In this document: one piece after another, positions 51,126-64,000 of the stretch
How positions within the stretch are numbered: position 1 is the stretch's first letter
How the letters are laid out: each line of letters opens with the position of its first letter
DNA from: Azolla caroliniana
Taxonomy: Eukaryota; Plantae; Polypodiophyta
DNA: 64,000 nt
Direction of reading: 5' to 3'
Assembly: GCA_043228905.1 (NCBI GenBank)
Contig: JBHGNT010000002.1
Coordinates: forward strand, 16,616,001 to 16,680,000
The notes under the pieces: generated by a model
The model's input: only the letters and a program-made list of their open reading frames with translations
Database searches by the model: none
What the model was told of the DNA's origin: nothing
Position numbers and translations under genes: made by a program

Positions 51126-53814
51126 AGAATGAAACCTGGGACCTAGTTGATGCACCGAAGGGTGTAAAGCCGATCGAATGCAGATGGGTGTATAAGGTGA
51201 AATACAACACCGATGGCTCGGTCAACCGCTACAAGGCCCGTTTAGTAACGAAAGGCTAAACACAGAAGCATAGCATGGACTATGACGAGACCTTCGCGCC
51301 TGTCGCGAAGATGACTACCATGCGAGTCCTACTAGCCATAGCAGCGGCAAAGGGGTGACACTTACATCATATGGATGTAAAGAACATGTTCCTACACGGT
51401 GATCTTGAGGAGCAGGTGTACATGGTACAGCCCCCCGGATTTCTATCCGAACAAAACACCTCGGCAGTTTGCCGATTGAAGAAGTCCTTATACGGACTAA
51501 AGCAAGCCCTGCGAGCTTAGAACACAAAGATTACGCAACAATTGCGTAGGATGGGGTTTGCGCCGTCGAAATCAGACTCTTCTCTATTTGTTCGGCAAGG
51601 TCAATATGGACCGGTTAGCTTGCTCTTGTACGTTGATGATTTAGTCATCGCCAGTACCGACCTTGACGAAATCCTCCGCGTGAAGTCTCAACTTGCGGCA
51701 ACGTTTGAAATGAAGGATCTCGGAGACCTTCATTACTTCCTCGGGATCGAAGTGATCCGTACCCCCGAAGGCATATTCATCAGCCAACATCATTACGCAC
51801 TGAATATGCTCTTGAAGTTCGGGATGGTAAACTGTAAGCCCATCTCGACCCCTCTGGATAGAAACGCAAAGCTTCACCGAGATTCGGGGAAGGTGTGCGG
51901 CCCGACACAGTTCTGACAGGTTGTCAGAAGCCTTATCTATTTGACAATTACTCGGTCGGATCTTAGTTATCCAGTCGGCCTAATCAGTCAATTCATGTCG
52001 CAGCCTACGGCTGAACACTTTCAGTGTGCGCAATGGATACTGCGTTATGTTAGCGCAAGGAAAGACTTGGCGTTGTTTTATCGGGCAGGCGTAGCCGAAC
52101 AGTTAGTCGCCTACACGGATGCCGATTGGACCGGAAACGCCCACGATCGTAGATCCACATCTAGATACGCATTCTCTCTAGGAAGCGCGGCGATTGCGTG
52201 GAGCAGTAAGAAGCAGCCGATAGTAGCACTGTCGAGCACGGAGGCTGAGTATCGAGGGGTGACTGTCGCTACGTACGAATTCATTTGGCAAAAACGGTTA
52301 TTACGGGATCTACATGTAGAGGTGTCTGATCCGACGACAATCTTTTGTGACAACCTCAGTAGTATCCACCTTGCGACAAACCCCATGTTCCACGCCCGAA
52401 CCAAGCACATTGAGGTGCATTACCTTTTTCTCCGCGAGCGGGTCCTTTCAGGTGAAGTCGAACTAGCGTATGTTCCGACGGATCGGCAGGTTGCCGACAT
52501 CTTCACCAAGCCTCTTGGTCTTGACAAGTTACGGCATTTCTCGGGTGAGCTAGAGTTGTGTCACCTCGACACGCTGAACTTGAGGGGGAGAAAGGAAGAA
52601 CAAGAACAAGAGCGTGAAAGGAGTGGGTGTGTTCATCACGACGGAAGTGACCGTGATGAGGAATCAGATGAAGAATTCGATTTCGGACCGGCTGAAGATG
52701 CCGAAGAAGAGAGCAAGGGCCGCAATCGTAGGGAAGAGCCGAGGACAGCCAAATCAGGGGGAGATATAGCCAAGAAGGGCGTAAAGGCCAAGATCAGAGA
52801 CGACTTGGAGACAACCAATTTGGAAGTGTTCGATTTTGATACGCCGAATCAACTAAAGGCCATGTGGAGAAAAGGGCAACGAAGGACGCGCCGACACCGC
52901 GACAGCAAGGGAATTGAGAAGGGTCGAACAAGCAGACAAGCCGACCAGAAGGGTCAAAGCGCGCGGAATCGAACGGGTTGAAGAGCGCGAGCAAGACGTG
53001 AAGCCAGAAGGAACCGGAGCGTAGATCTCGAAGAGTGGACAGAACCTCAAGTTGAGCTTGAAGGGGAGTGTTGAGTGAGAAGCTCAATGTTGGCTGCGTA
53101 ACACTGCGCGTGACCCAGTGCGTAGACTGGGTGTGTAAAACAATATGCATAACGTAAGTCGTAGCGGTGCGTAAACTGCAAGGCCGTAGGAATATATTTT
53201 GGGAGTTAGTGTAGAGCTCAGTTATGAGCATTGAAGTACGTGTCAGTACTTCTGTCAGTCCGTATGGAATTGTATAAAAGTGCTCACTGAGCACATCCTA
53301 TGTATAGAGGAACATTATTTTGAAATTGAACCAAGTTGTCTCCTCTCTCTCTCCATCTCCATCTCCATCTCTGTGTTTTCTGTTGTTTCCAGAACTGTGT
53401 ACTCTGTGTTTCACATACACTATTCTTTTAGAAGATGTCATGGCAAAATATGTCCACAGTTAGGTCTGCCAACTATGTCTCTACAAGTGATTGTTGATCC
53501 TCTTCTGTCCCTTCTTGATCCTCTTGTGGTATTGTTGAACCTTAGCTAGCCTCCCCTTCTTGTTCCATTCTGAAGCTCTAATCCCTTGCTCTTCAACAGT
53601 CATCTCATCAATATTATTTTTATAGATGTAGGACACGTTGTTATGCAAGTATGCGTGGCCGCTGTCAAGAAAGGTCAGTTGAAAGTGATGAGTTAGGATT
53701 TTGACTAATCCCTAAATGGAAGGGACTGTGATGAATTTCTATTTTGATGATCCCTAAGTTCAAATACCAGTACAAGATTGATGCCCATTCCGACGCAGGA
53801 CCAAGAATGCTAGC

Positions 53815-56800
53815 GAATGTATGGCTCACCGAGAAACTGTAGCAGTGTGTAAACCGCGAGGTGCGCAACGAGAAGCCGTAGCGGTGTGTAAACCGCGAGG
53901 CCGTTGGAAATATATTCCGAGTAGGAATATATTTTTGGGAGTTAGTGTAGAGCTCACTTATGAGCATTGAAGTACGTGTCAGTACTTCTGTCAGTCCGTA
54001 TGGACTTGTAATAAAGTGCTCACTGAGCACATCCTATGTACAAATTTGAGTATTATTTTTTGAATTGAGTTTGTGTGCATTCTCTGTTTCTCTCTATCAG
54101 TCTCTTCCGGGTACTGAGAACCTCTACAGCCAACCTGACTCAAGGAAGAAAACCTAACCTTCATAAAGAACTGGAAAATCAAAATGGATAGAGGCATGGC
54201 TAGCTCGCTTCCAACAGAGAAGCTCGACGGAAACAACTACGGTTCGGTTTACGCATCTCGGATGCTTCATCGAGGAAGAAGGCCAAGTTATTGTGCAAGG
54301 GCGCAGAGACAGGAGGATGTTTATCCTCGACTCTAGTGACAGTGGCACCGTAATGTTCACGAAAGGACAAAAAGTCGAATCGGATATTGACTTGTGGCAC
54401 AAATGGATAGGCCATGTCAACTATCAACGGCTTCAAGACCTACAATCGAAACAAGTGGTGTTCGGATTGGTCAAATTTAGTGGTCGAAGGGCACAAATTT
54501 GTGAAGCCTGCCAGCTAGGGAAGCAACACCAACTTCCTTTCCCTAACGAGCATAACCGGAGCCGGAACAAGCTCAACTTGATACATTCCGATGTATGGGG
54601 ACCAACACAAAATGTTAGTCTTGGCGGGAGCCGATATTTCGTCTCCTTCATCGATGACTATATGTGGCACACGTGGATCTACCTCATCGAGAAGAAGAGT
54701 GAAGTCTTCGACTATTTCCGGGACCTCAAAAGGTTCGTGTAAACAAAAACAGGAAGAAAGATCAAGTGTCTGCAGTCGGATAGCAGGAAAGAGTACTTTT
54801 CCGGCCAATTCAACAATTATCTGCAACAAATGGGAATTCAACGTGAATTCAATTGCAGGTATACGTCGGAGCAAAATGGAGCCGAAAGGAAAATTCGGTC
54901 GATTGTAGAAGCGGCGCGGGCAATGCTGGAAGAAAAGAGCTTGCCCAAGTTCTATTGGGTTGAAGCGGTATGTACCGCAGTCTACATCCAGAACCGGATT
55001 GGAGACAAAGTGTCGGCGCATGAGCTGTATTTCGACGAAAGTTGAATCTACGACACTTGAGAGTTTTTGGTAGCATTGCGTATGTGCATGTGCCAAAGGA
55101 GAAATGGAGGAAGTTGGACACGAAAGCTGAGAAGTGTATCTTAGTCGGCTATTCACACGAGCAGAAGGGTTATAAGTGTTATAACCCTCGCACCAAACAA
55201 GAGCACGTGAGCTGTGACGTTGTGTTTGAGGAGTCCGTGTCCTGGTACCTGCCTCCTACTCCTGACCTCACCTCCAATCCGAGTTCTGACAATGAGGTCA
55301 GCGAGGCCGAGATGCCTCCGGATGAGCTTGAAATCGGGCCCTACGAAGAGAGTTTGATTTCATTTGGTTAAGCAGACCTGATTTCACTCCGGAACGAACG
55401 CTTCGGTAGTGTGCCGATTGAAGAAGTCCCTTTACAGACTAACGCAAGCCCCGCGTGCCTGGAACGCGAAGATTACACAGCAACTACGTCGGATGGGCTT
55501 TGCGACGTGAAAATCAGACTCTTCTCTGTTCATCCGGAAAGGTCGACTCGGGCCAGTTAGCATTTTAGTTTCAGTTGATGACTTGGTCATCAACGTAAGT
55601 ATGCCCTTCAAATTGGGGATGGCCGATTGTAATTCTGTCTCAACTCCTCTGGCCAGAACCGTCAAGCTTCGCTCCGATTCCGGAAAGGTATGCGACCCGA
55701 CGAGGTTCCAACAAATAGTCCAAAGCCTTATATACTTGACCATCACCTGACCAGATCTCAGCTACCCGGTCGGGGTGATTAGTCAGTTCATGGTGCGACC
55801 TACCGAGGAGCACCTTTAGTGTGCGCAACGCGTACTACGGTATGTAAGCGGCAGTAAGGACCGGGGGCTACTATATCGGACCGGTACAGCCCCACAGTTG
55901 GTCGACAACACCGATGCTGATTGGGCCGGCAACGCCGTCGATCACCGATCCACGTCCGGTTTCACGTTCTCTCTTGGGAGTGTCTTGATCGCGTGGAGTA
56001 GCAAGAAGCAGCCGACAGTTGCACTGTCAAGCACCGAAGCCGAGTATAGAGGAGTGGTTGTCACGACATGCGAAGTCATCTAGCTGAAATGGCTACTTAA
56101 GGATCTACAAGAGGTGTCCGAGCCAACGACGATCTACTACGACAACATCAGCAGTATCCAACAAGCAAAGAACCCCATCTTCCACGCCCGGACTAAGCAC
56201 ATTCAAGTGCACTACCATTTCGTCTATGAGCGTGTCCTCTCCAGTGAAGTCGAACTTCAGTATGTTCTGACGGATCAGCAGACCGCCGACATCTTCACCA
56301 AGCCTCTTGGTCTGGACAAGTGGCGGCAATTCTCAGGTGCGTTTGGGTTGCGTCACCTCGACGTGCCGAACTTGAGGGGGAGAGATGTCTCGAATGACCA
56401 CGGAAGGGGGAGAGAAGTTATGGAAGACCGCAACGCCGAGTCAGATGACAAATTCGATTTCGGATCGGCTGAAGAAGCCGAGGGCGGATCTACGGAAGAT
56501 TTTGAAAGCAGACATAAGGGGAGCAATCAAAAGAAAGAACCGAAACCAACCAAGCGTGGGGGAGATGAAGCCATCAAGGGCGAGAAGATGGAAGATGAGT
56601 TGGAGACAGCCAACTCGGAGGAGAGCGAAAACCGATCGGAGGAAGCCGAGTCAGTTCGGATGTTTGATTCGGATACGCTGAATCAACCAAGGACCAAGCG
56701 GAAGAGAAGGCAGCAGAAGATGCGCCAACACCGCAATAGCAAGGAAGCTGAGAAGGGCCGTGTGAGCAAACAAGCCGACCGGAAGGGTCGAAGCGCGCAG

Positions 56801-57300
56801 AATCGAATAGGTCGAGGAGAGCGAGCAAGGCGTGAAGCTAGAAGGAACCAGAGCGTAGATCTAAAAGAGCAGATGGAACCTCAAGTTGAGCTTGAGAGGG
56901 AGTATTGAGATACAAGCTCAACATTGGCCGGATCGGCTGTGCCAGCCGAGAACCGGATTGATCGATTAGGCTGTAGCGGTGCGTAAACTCTGAGGTGCAC
57001 AAGAAGCCGTAGCGGTGCATAAACCGCGAGGCCGTTGGAAAGATATTCCGAGTAGGAATATATTTTTGGGAGTTAGTGTAGAGCTCACTTATGAGCATTG
57101 AAGTACATGTCAGTACTTCTGTCAGTGTGTATGGACTTGTATAAAAGTTCTCACTGAGCACATCTTATGTACAAATTTGAGTATTATTTTTTGGATTGAG
57201 TTTGTGTGCATTCTCTCTCTCTTTGTCTATCTCTTCCGCGTACGGTGTATATTCAAGCTCTCCATTAAACCTTTGTTTCTGTGTTGGGTCGAAGCACGCT
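53815..57300 (+). mobile_element. Internally deleted copia-A element; 3' LTR 56903-57300 interrupted by DNA transposon
   Basis: LTR remnant ~53815-54110; gag start 54183 fused to GAG-pre-integrase; IN 54293-55371; RT/RH pieces; tail 56114-56908. Confidence 0.85.
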
Positions 57301-57829
57301 ACGGGGTACCAAAAAAGTACTGTTTTTGGCCACAAAAATTGTCACTACTTTCAATACTGTTAGTACTGAATAATTCAGAAAAAAAATTAGAGAAAAAGAA
57401 AATCGATTTTGGAGAGTGGGGTGACTGTAGTACAAGTGTCATTTACTGTAGAAGGAGTGGGGGGAACACGTGAGGAGATGTTCTTCCATTTTGGGGGCTA
57501 TTTTCCCCTCACGTCGATTTTGGCGCTTCCCCTCACGTCGTTTTGGCGATTCCCCTCATACTGTTCTTCCTCTATCTCTCTGAGCTTTTCATCACAGACA
57601 TCCATGTCACGTTTCTGATTTTCCTTCAATCTAAATCTCAGACATCCATGTCTGGTTGGAGAGTTTGAGTTGAGGATTTCTGATTTTTTTAGGGTTTCTG
57701 TTTTTGTTAGGTTTCGGTTGAGGTACAGAGACTGTTCTGAGGGTTTAGGTAGCAACCAATAGTCACTTCTTTGACAACGACTTTCGTACTTCCACCGATT
57801 GCAGTTGATGTCGTGGTGATTTGGGGCTT

Positions 57830-58413
57830 TTTCCACCAAATCGAGGCGGCATTGGAGGTTCCTTCCACCAAATCGAGGCGGCATATCCAACGCTCCCTCC
57901 ACCATTGGAGGTTCCTTCCACCAAATCGAGGCTGCATATCCACGCTCCCTCCACCATTGGAGGTTCCTTCCACCAAATCGAGGCGGCATATCCAACGCTC
58001 CCTCCACCATTGGAAGTTCCTTCCATCCATTTTTTTATTTTCAGTACTAAAATGTTTCATTTCTTCATATTTCAGTACTAAATTTTTAGAATTGACATTT
58101 GCCATATTTGATATGTAATTCTAATGTTTGAAACAAAATATTTCTCACTTTGCAGGCCACATTTAAAAACATTTGATTGTGTTTTCTTGGTTGAGTCTAT
58201 ATATCCACGCTCCCTCCACCATTGGAGGTTCCTTCCATCCATTTTTTTCATTTTCAGTACTAAAATGTTTCATTTCTTCATATTTCAGTACTAAATTTTT
58301 AGAATTGACATTTGCCATATTTGATATGTAATTCTAATGTTTGAAACAAAATATTTCTCACTTTGCAGGCCACATTTAAAAACATTTGATTGTGTTTTCT
58401 TGGTTGAGTCTAT
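57830..58413. repeat. Subterminal ~53-bp tandem repeats and ~212-bp tandem duplication
   Basis: TTCCACCAAATCGAGGC...CCATTGGAGGTTCC recurs about 3.5 times; ~57989-58200 is duplicated at ~58201-58413. Confidence 0.9.
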
Positions 58414-58470
58414 ATAACATTAACTACTTTCGCAAGACACTTAATTTTTGTGGATAAATCTAGTGACCGA

Positions 58471-61400
58471 ATGGGGGTTCCTAACGAGAGTGAGTTGTCA
58501 AGTAACTCATGCATATCTGAAAGGACTAAGAGACGAGTGGTTCTTCACATAGTTCGTTATTTGGTAGAAATAACGAAGAGATTTAGTGAAGAGGATCGTA
58601 GGGATATTATTTGTAGAGTGTTACACCATCAAAGTTTGAATGAAGACATGGAGAGAATAAAATTTAGGGACCAATGTGTTTCAGAAGAGATTGTGGAGTC
58701 TATGAAGTCATCCCTAGACTTAGTGAAAGGTGTAGAGAGCTTAGACAAACTTGCTGCAAAGAGGGCAGCCCTACACATGGTTGTGAATGGTGCGAGAGAA
58801 AAAAAATATAGTGATACTAAAGTTGCCTTAGCCCTGGGTATTCAAAGAAGGAACTTGAGGAAACATCGCCGAAATATACACTCAAGCAAATTCAAGTGGC
58901 TGGGGTCGGGACGTAGACGACGATGTGATGCCTTATCTCAAGAGATTATTGAGAAAGTGGATTCATTTTGGGCCAAAAATACGCGTGTCTCACCAAATAA
59001 GAAGGACGTGTGTAGACAACGAATAAGTCAGGGTAAGTACCAGATTCACCCTAGACACTTCTTGGAGATGACAGAGGTATTCCATTTTTTTATATCAATT
59101 CACATTCCATAACTTTGTGTTTTGACCAAGTGTATATTAATGTTTGCTATATATATTGGTTGATGTAGGCTAAATTGTACATGAACTTTAAAGACCAACA
59201 TCCAAGCTTGACTGTCGGATTCCACAAGTTCCAAGGTTTGAAACCATTTTATGTTAGAAAATTAAATGAGAGGAATACATGTTGTTGTGTGTACCATGTG
59301 AAGATGGACATGTTAAGGGTTTCTGTGAATGCAATGCGTACTGATTCTAAGGGTATACATGGGGAATTATGTGTCTGCACTTGTGAGATTTGTAGACCAA
59401 ATGGGGAGGATAATAGGTGTAATGCACGAAACATGACTTATGCATCCGTTTCTGAGCTATGGAGGTCTTGTGTTTGTGAAAAAGAACCATCATGTGAGTG
59501 GCATCGTCGTACATGTCTATTAAGAACATGTAAGGTTTGTCCGCTACCATTATTTTGTAGGCAGGAGCTTGATATGGGAAATAGTCATATCGTGAAATGG
59601 AAATATTTGGAGTATGTGACTGAAAATATTGGCAAGGGAGTTGTAACTAAGCGTATCAAGGAAGTATATAAGGAGACATGTGCTGCTACCCTTGTCTCAG
59701 AATTTAAGAAACAACTTGGGGAGTTTATTCCACATAACTTCCGGAGTTATTGGCAAAATTCACAGTTCAAGGAATGTATTAATAACTTACCAACGGGTGT
59801 CATTGTATCCGTTATTGATTTTGCAGAAAACTATACATTTAAAGTTCAAAATGAGGTTCAATCAATGCATTGGTACAATGATCAATGTACAATACTTGTA
59901 CATATTTGCTATTGGAGGCAAGACGGTGAGTTACATAAGAAATCAATATTTTACATTTCAGATGATAAAAAGCATGATACACTATTTGTTCAACATTGTT
60001 TTAAGCTTCACCATGCAGATTTATTTTCTCTAGGGTTAACCTTTAACCGTCATTGGGTTTGGTCTGATGGTGCTGCCTCGCAGTTTAAGGCGGCACGATT
60101 GTTCTACTTTATCGCCAGGTAATTTTTAATCCATATGTTTAATACTTATCATGCAATGTGTAAGGAAGTAAATCTTGTGTTAGTGGATGCATACTAATTA
60201 TGTTTGTAACTATTAACAAACAGTACTAGTCACATCGATGCATACTAATTATGTTTCTAACTATTCGAATCTTGCACTTGTGAATGGATGCATGCATACT
60301 AATTTTGTTTGTATTATGTTGTACTAAGTAACTTTTAATCCATGTGAAGTGTTCTCCATAGACACATTGTACTATGTTGTGTGTTGGTTCTGTACTATGT
60401 TGTGTTTACAAAAGGATGTAAATTACTCATCTTGTACTCATAGTATTGTCCGTCCTTAAGAGAATTGTACTAAGTATCGATTAATCCATGTGAAGGGTTC
60501 TCCATAGACACATTGTACTATGTTGTGTGTTGGTTTTGTACTATGTTGTGTTTACAAAAGGATGTAAAGTACTCATCTTGTACTTATAGTATTGTCCGTC
60601 CTTAAGAGAATTGTACTAATTATGTTTTAATCCATGTGAAGGGTTCTCCATATACACATTGTACTATGTTGTGTGTTGGTTCTGTACTATGTTGTGTTTA
60701 CAAAAGGATGTAAAGTACTCATCTTGTACTTATAGTATTGTCCGTCCTTAAGAGAATTGTACTAATTATGTTTTAATCCATGTGAAGGGTTCTCCATAGA
60801 CACATTGTACTATGTTGTGTGTTGGTTCTGTACTATGTTGTGTTTACAAAAGGATGTAAAGTACTCATCTTGTACTTATAGTATTGTCCGTCCTTAAGAG
60901 AATTGTACTAACTATCGATTAATCCATGTGAAGGGTTCTCCATAGACACATTGTACTATGTTGTGTGTTGGTTTTGTACTATGTTGTGTTTACAAAAGGA
61001 TGTAAAGTACTCATCTTGTACTTATAGTATTGTCCGTCCTTAAGAGAATTGTACTAATTATGTTTTAATCCATGTGAAGGGTTCTCCATAGACACATTGT
61101 ACTATGTTGTGTGTCCTATCTGTACTATGTTGTGTTTACAGGAGGATGTAAAGTACTCATCTTGTACTCATAGTATTGTCCGTCCTTAAGAGAATTGTAG
61201 TAAGTATCGATTAATCCATGTGAAGGGTTCTCCATAGACACATTGTACTATGTTGTGTGTTGTATCTGTACTATGTTGTGTTTACAGGAGGATATAAAAT
61301 ACTCATCTTGTACTCATAGTATTGTCCGTCCTTAAGAGAATTGTACTAAATCAGTATTTACTCATGTTGTACTCATAGTATTGTACTCATCTTGTACTCA

Positions 61401-62294
61401 CCAAAGCAGGTATTTCTCCTTATTCAATATTCGTATGCAATGGAATTACTTCGGGTCTGGACATGGAAAAGGAGAGCATGATGGCGCGGGGGCTGTGATC
61501 AAACGTGCCCTTACAAGTGAGCAGTTGGATAATAATGGCGCTAAGTTACAAAATGCACATGATGTTGTGCAGTGGCTAACATGGAAGATGTCAAATGATG
61601 GTAAGAACAGATTGTTTGTTGAAGTTCGCGCTGATGAGGTCGATAGAACTAAATCATATGGTTGTAAAACCGTGAAAGGCACACGCAGCACCCATTGTGT
61701 GTTAGGGTTTAGCCGCAAGGACACAACCCAATTGTTACTCCGTAGTTTATCATGCTTTTGTTCCATGTGTCTAGATGAAGCTTGGGATAAATGCATCAAC
61801 CTATCAATCGTGGAGCCCTGGAAGCTGCAGAAGCTTGAGCCTGAACTACAAGATGATATTGAAGAGGATGTGCATTCAAACGATATTGTATACTACAACC
61901 AAAATCAAGACTTGGCAGTTTTATTGGAAGTTGGAGATCATTTTGCAGTGCTCAAATATTCTCAGAATGAAGATTTAGAAGACTACTACATTGTGGTGTG
62001 CAAGCAAGGAAAGACATTATTGCAAGAGTGGTGAGGGATGGTTGGGGCAACAATTTCAACGTTGGTGAGTCTGTCGTGTATGGAAACTATTATGCAAAGT
62101 TGCCGCAGTGCAAGAACACATATGCATTACTAAAAGAAGCACCCATCGCAATAATCTACGCTGATGCCATTCTTGCGATCAAATTCAATATGACTCAAGC
62201 AAAGCACAAGGTTAAGGGATACAACACTATCTACAAGGTCCCCCAAGAGGTTCATGAGCACATATTAGGGGAGGTCTCTCTATTTAATGCTTGA
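58471..62294 (+). CDS. Spliced DDD transposase (Sola2-like); exons 58471-59076, 59169-60118, 61410-62294; one frameshift near 62030
   Basis: DFAENY, EVQSMHW, SDD..HD, WSDGAASQFK, HGKGEHDGAGAVIKR and Cys-rich segments; GT-AG introns join in frame (MTE|AKLY; FIAR|YF). Confidence 0.8.
60337..61348. repeat. 7 x 146-bp tandem array in transposase intron 2
   Basis: AATCCATGTGAAG at 60337, 60483, 60629, 60775, 60921, 61067, 61213. Confidence 0.97.
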
Positions 62295-62439
62295 AAGTCA
62301 CCCTATCAATACATTGTACTAGAAAACTGAAAAACATCCACTTGGAGTTCACTATTAATTTTGATGATTGACAAATGAATTGATATATTTCGTCTTTCTT
62401 CCAAAGGGTTTATGCCTCTCAACCACTTGTACTTATCTT

Positions 62440-63400
62440 TCATAATATATTAGTTGTTATCAACAGGACTTGGATTTCTTCATTGCCGATATTGCTCATG
62501 TTTTCTGATGTTATTTGAGCATAGGAGTTTTGCAGAGTTGGTGTGTCCTCTGTTGGCACATAAATCTGCTCTTCTTTTGCTACCAAGAGAAGATTGTTAG
62601 TTGAATTCATTAAAGACTTTAATATTGTAAGATTTTCTACTGTAAGTTCATTTTTCAAAGGGGGCGATGAATTCTGTGAAGACAACAATGAAAATTATTC
62701 TCTCAGAATCCTTTTTTGTTTCATGATATGTCCTGTGAAGCCATCTGAGTTTTTACTTCTTGTATATAAGTCCTGAATATCCAGGCTATGGATTTTAAAG
62801 TACAAACCTTCCTTTCCTTAACAAAATAATCCAACTTCTGAAACAATAATTTGTGATAGCTCAAAAAGGTAAGTGTTTCCTTACTACTGTTAGTGGATGA
62901 TTCATCCTTTGGGATGATATCATCAAAATATGGCCCACATTGCTTCAACAATTTGCACACATTCTGGTTACCGTCCAAATGGGATTGATGAAACAGTCTA
63001 TACTTCAGGATATCTTCAATAACACCCGATACCCGATATTTTCTGTTTCTCATCATCAAAACCTAAAAACCTAAATTTTCCTAGCAAGCTAAGAAGACTT
63101 TCAAGCATTTTATCTACAATAGACTGAAAGACTTTGCGAGGATTAGGAGATGATCTCAAAAAAGAAACAAAACGTTGTAAAATAAGAATACTTAGATCAA
63201 AAAGTATATTCCCATTGTTTTTGATATATGTTGATGAGCAAAATATAGAAGCAATCCTTAAACATGAACTTGATTTCACACTGGTATAACTATTTCAGAT
63301 TCATGAACTGGATTTTTTACATTGGCAATTGAAACAGTATTTTGGTATCCAAATAGTTCAATTTCAGACATCACTAACAACTAAAGTTCAAGTACAATCG
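62440..63400 (-). pseudogene. Frameshifted fragment resembling plant URB2/Npa2-like nucleolar protein N-terminal region
   Basis: FVSFLRSSPN..KVF..IVDKMLESLL, IEDILKYRLFHQSHLDG, SYHKLLFQKLD; recognised from memory, unverified. Confidence 0.5.
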
Positions 63401-63408
63401 AAAGACAA

Positions 63409-64000
63409 TCAGGCACTAGAGGGTAACTTGGCCGATCTTGTAATGCGCTTGTTGTTGGTGCCAGATTTTTCTGATTTTACATTCTTCTTTATCTTAAAGC
63501 CTTTAGGTATGAGCTGACTAAGTGGCACTTCATCATCAGAGGCATCAGAGACAGGCGTGGATGCGCGGGCACCTTGTACTGGTGGCAAGCTTGAGAGAGC
63601 AACTATGTTTTCTGCAACTGCAATGCTTGTACACAAATCCACAAAGGTGCTGTCGATAGACAAATTATCACTCATCTCCTGAATGCTTGTACTCCTAGCG
63701 ATCTTTATTGCCCTATCATCATCACCGATGCCTATACACTCGTTCTTATTAGACTCCTGTATGTGGACCGTGGCAGTAGTCATGGTCAACTCCTCTTGTA
63801 CGATGGATGTCACCTCATTCTTAAGACAACGTTGTTCGCTCTGAGTACAATCAGGCCCACCTTCATTAGTAACGTTGCTCGCTCTACACTCCTCATGGGA
63901 TTCTGTACAATCAGGCTTATCTTCAGGGAAAGCGATGTTCTTTCCACGATCCTCATGGGCTTCACAAGACACTACTAGCACATTCTCAGTACAATCAAGC
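63409..64000 (-). CDS. Unknown low-complexity ORF (acidic, DCTE/Q repeats, basic C-terminus), open at window edge
   Basis: At least 190 codons; SDDEVPLSQL motif; no family recognised. Confidence 0.35.
   Translation of the reverse strand, partial: LDCTENVLVVSCEAHEDRGKNIAFPEDKPDCTESHEECRASNVTNEGGPDCTQSEQRCLKNEVTSIVQEELTMTTATVHIQESNKNECIGIGDDDRAIKIARSTSIQEMSDNLSIDSTFVDLCTSIAVAENIVALSSLPPVQGARASTPVSDASDDEVPLSQLIPKGFKIKKNVKSEKSGTNNKRITRSAKLPSSA

Larger units (their letters stand above)
44025..53432 (+). mobile_element. Copia-A 3' half (IN 44025-45399; RT-RH-tail 51126-53068; 3' LTR 53069-~53432), split by nested copia
   Basis: ORFs 44212-45291, 51542-51916 (YVDD), 51941-52981; frame ALSEN|ETWDLV restored across the insertion. 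Confidence 0.9.
57303..64000 (+). mobile_element. Sola2-like DNA transposon; left end near 57303, right end not seen
   Basis: Copia LTR similarity stops at GGGGTACCAAAAAAGTACTG; subterminal repeats; transposase gene follows. Confidence 0.6.

Noticed and set aside
60337-61348. CRISPR-like array
   Set aside because: Whole 146-bp units repeat with no unique spacers; eukaryotic intron; no cas genes.
63332-63350. AAACAGTATTTTGGTATCC as right TIR of the transposon
   Set aside because: Short gapped match only, no extension or TSD, and lies within the minus-strand coding-like region.

Overview
Plant heterochromatin-like window, probably a non-seed vascular plant such as a fern (inferred from the TE lineages and GA microsatellites, not proven). 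It is mostly nested retrotransposons. (1) At least six copies or fragments of one compact Met-i-primed Ty1/copia family (copia-A); one is complete at 45400-51125 with TSD AGAAT. (2) Fragments of a Tnt1/Tork-like copia. (3) A degenerate chromodomain Ty3/gypsy (Tcn1-like, 4917-10620) with a self-priming signal. (4) A pol-less gag-only element and two related solo LTRs; all three have 4-bp TSDs centred on CG and tRNA-like cassettes in U3. (5) A very young non-chromovirus gypsy (34424-43782) with apparently identical LTRs, intact 1829-aa gag-pol and an extra 3' ORF. It has no polypurine tract and carries a tRNA-Arg 3'-end-like sequence where the PPT should be. The only clear host gene is the 5' part of a glutamate-receptor-like gene (minus strand, 13158-15477) that appears to lack the amino-terminal domain. 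The right end holds a spliced Sola2-like DDD transposase with a 7 x 146-bp array in an intron, followed by a convergent degenerate URB2-like fragment. All calls were made by eye, and lineage names are from remembered motifs, not database searches.
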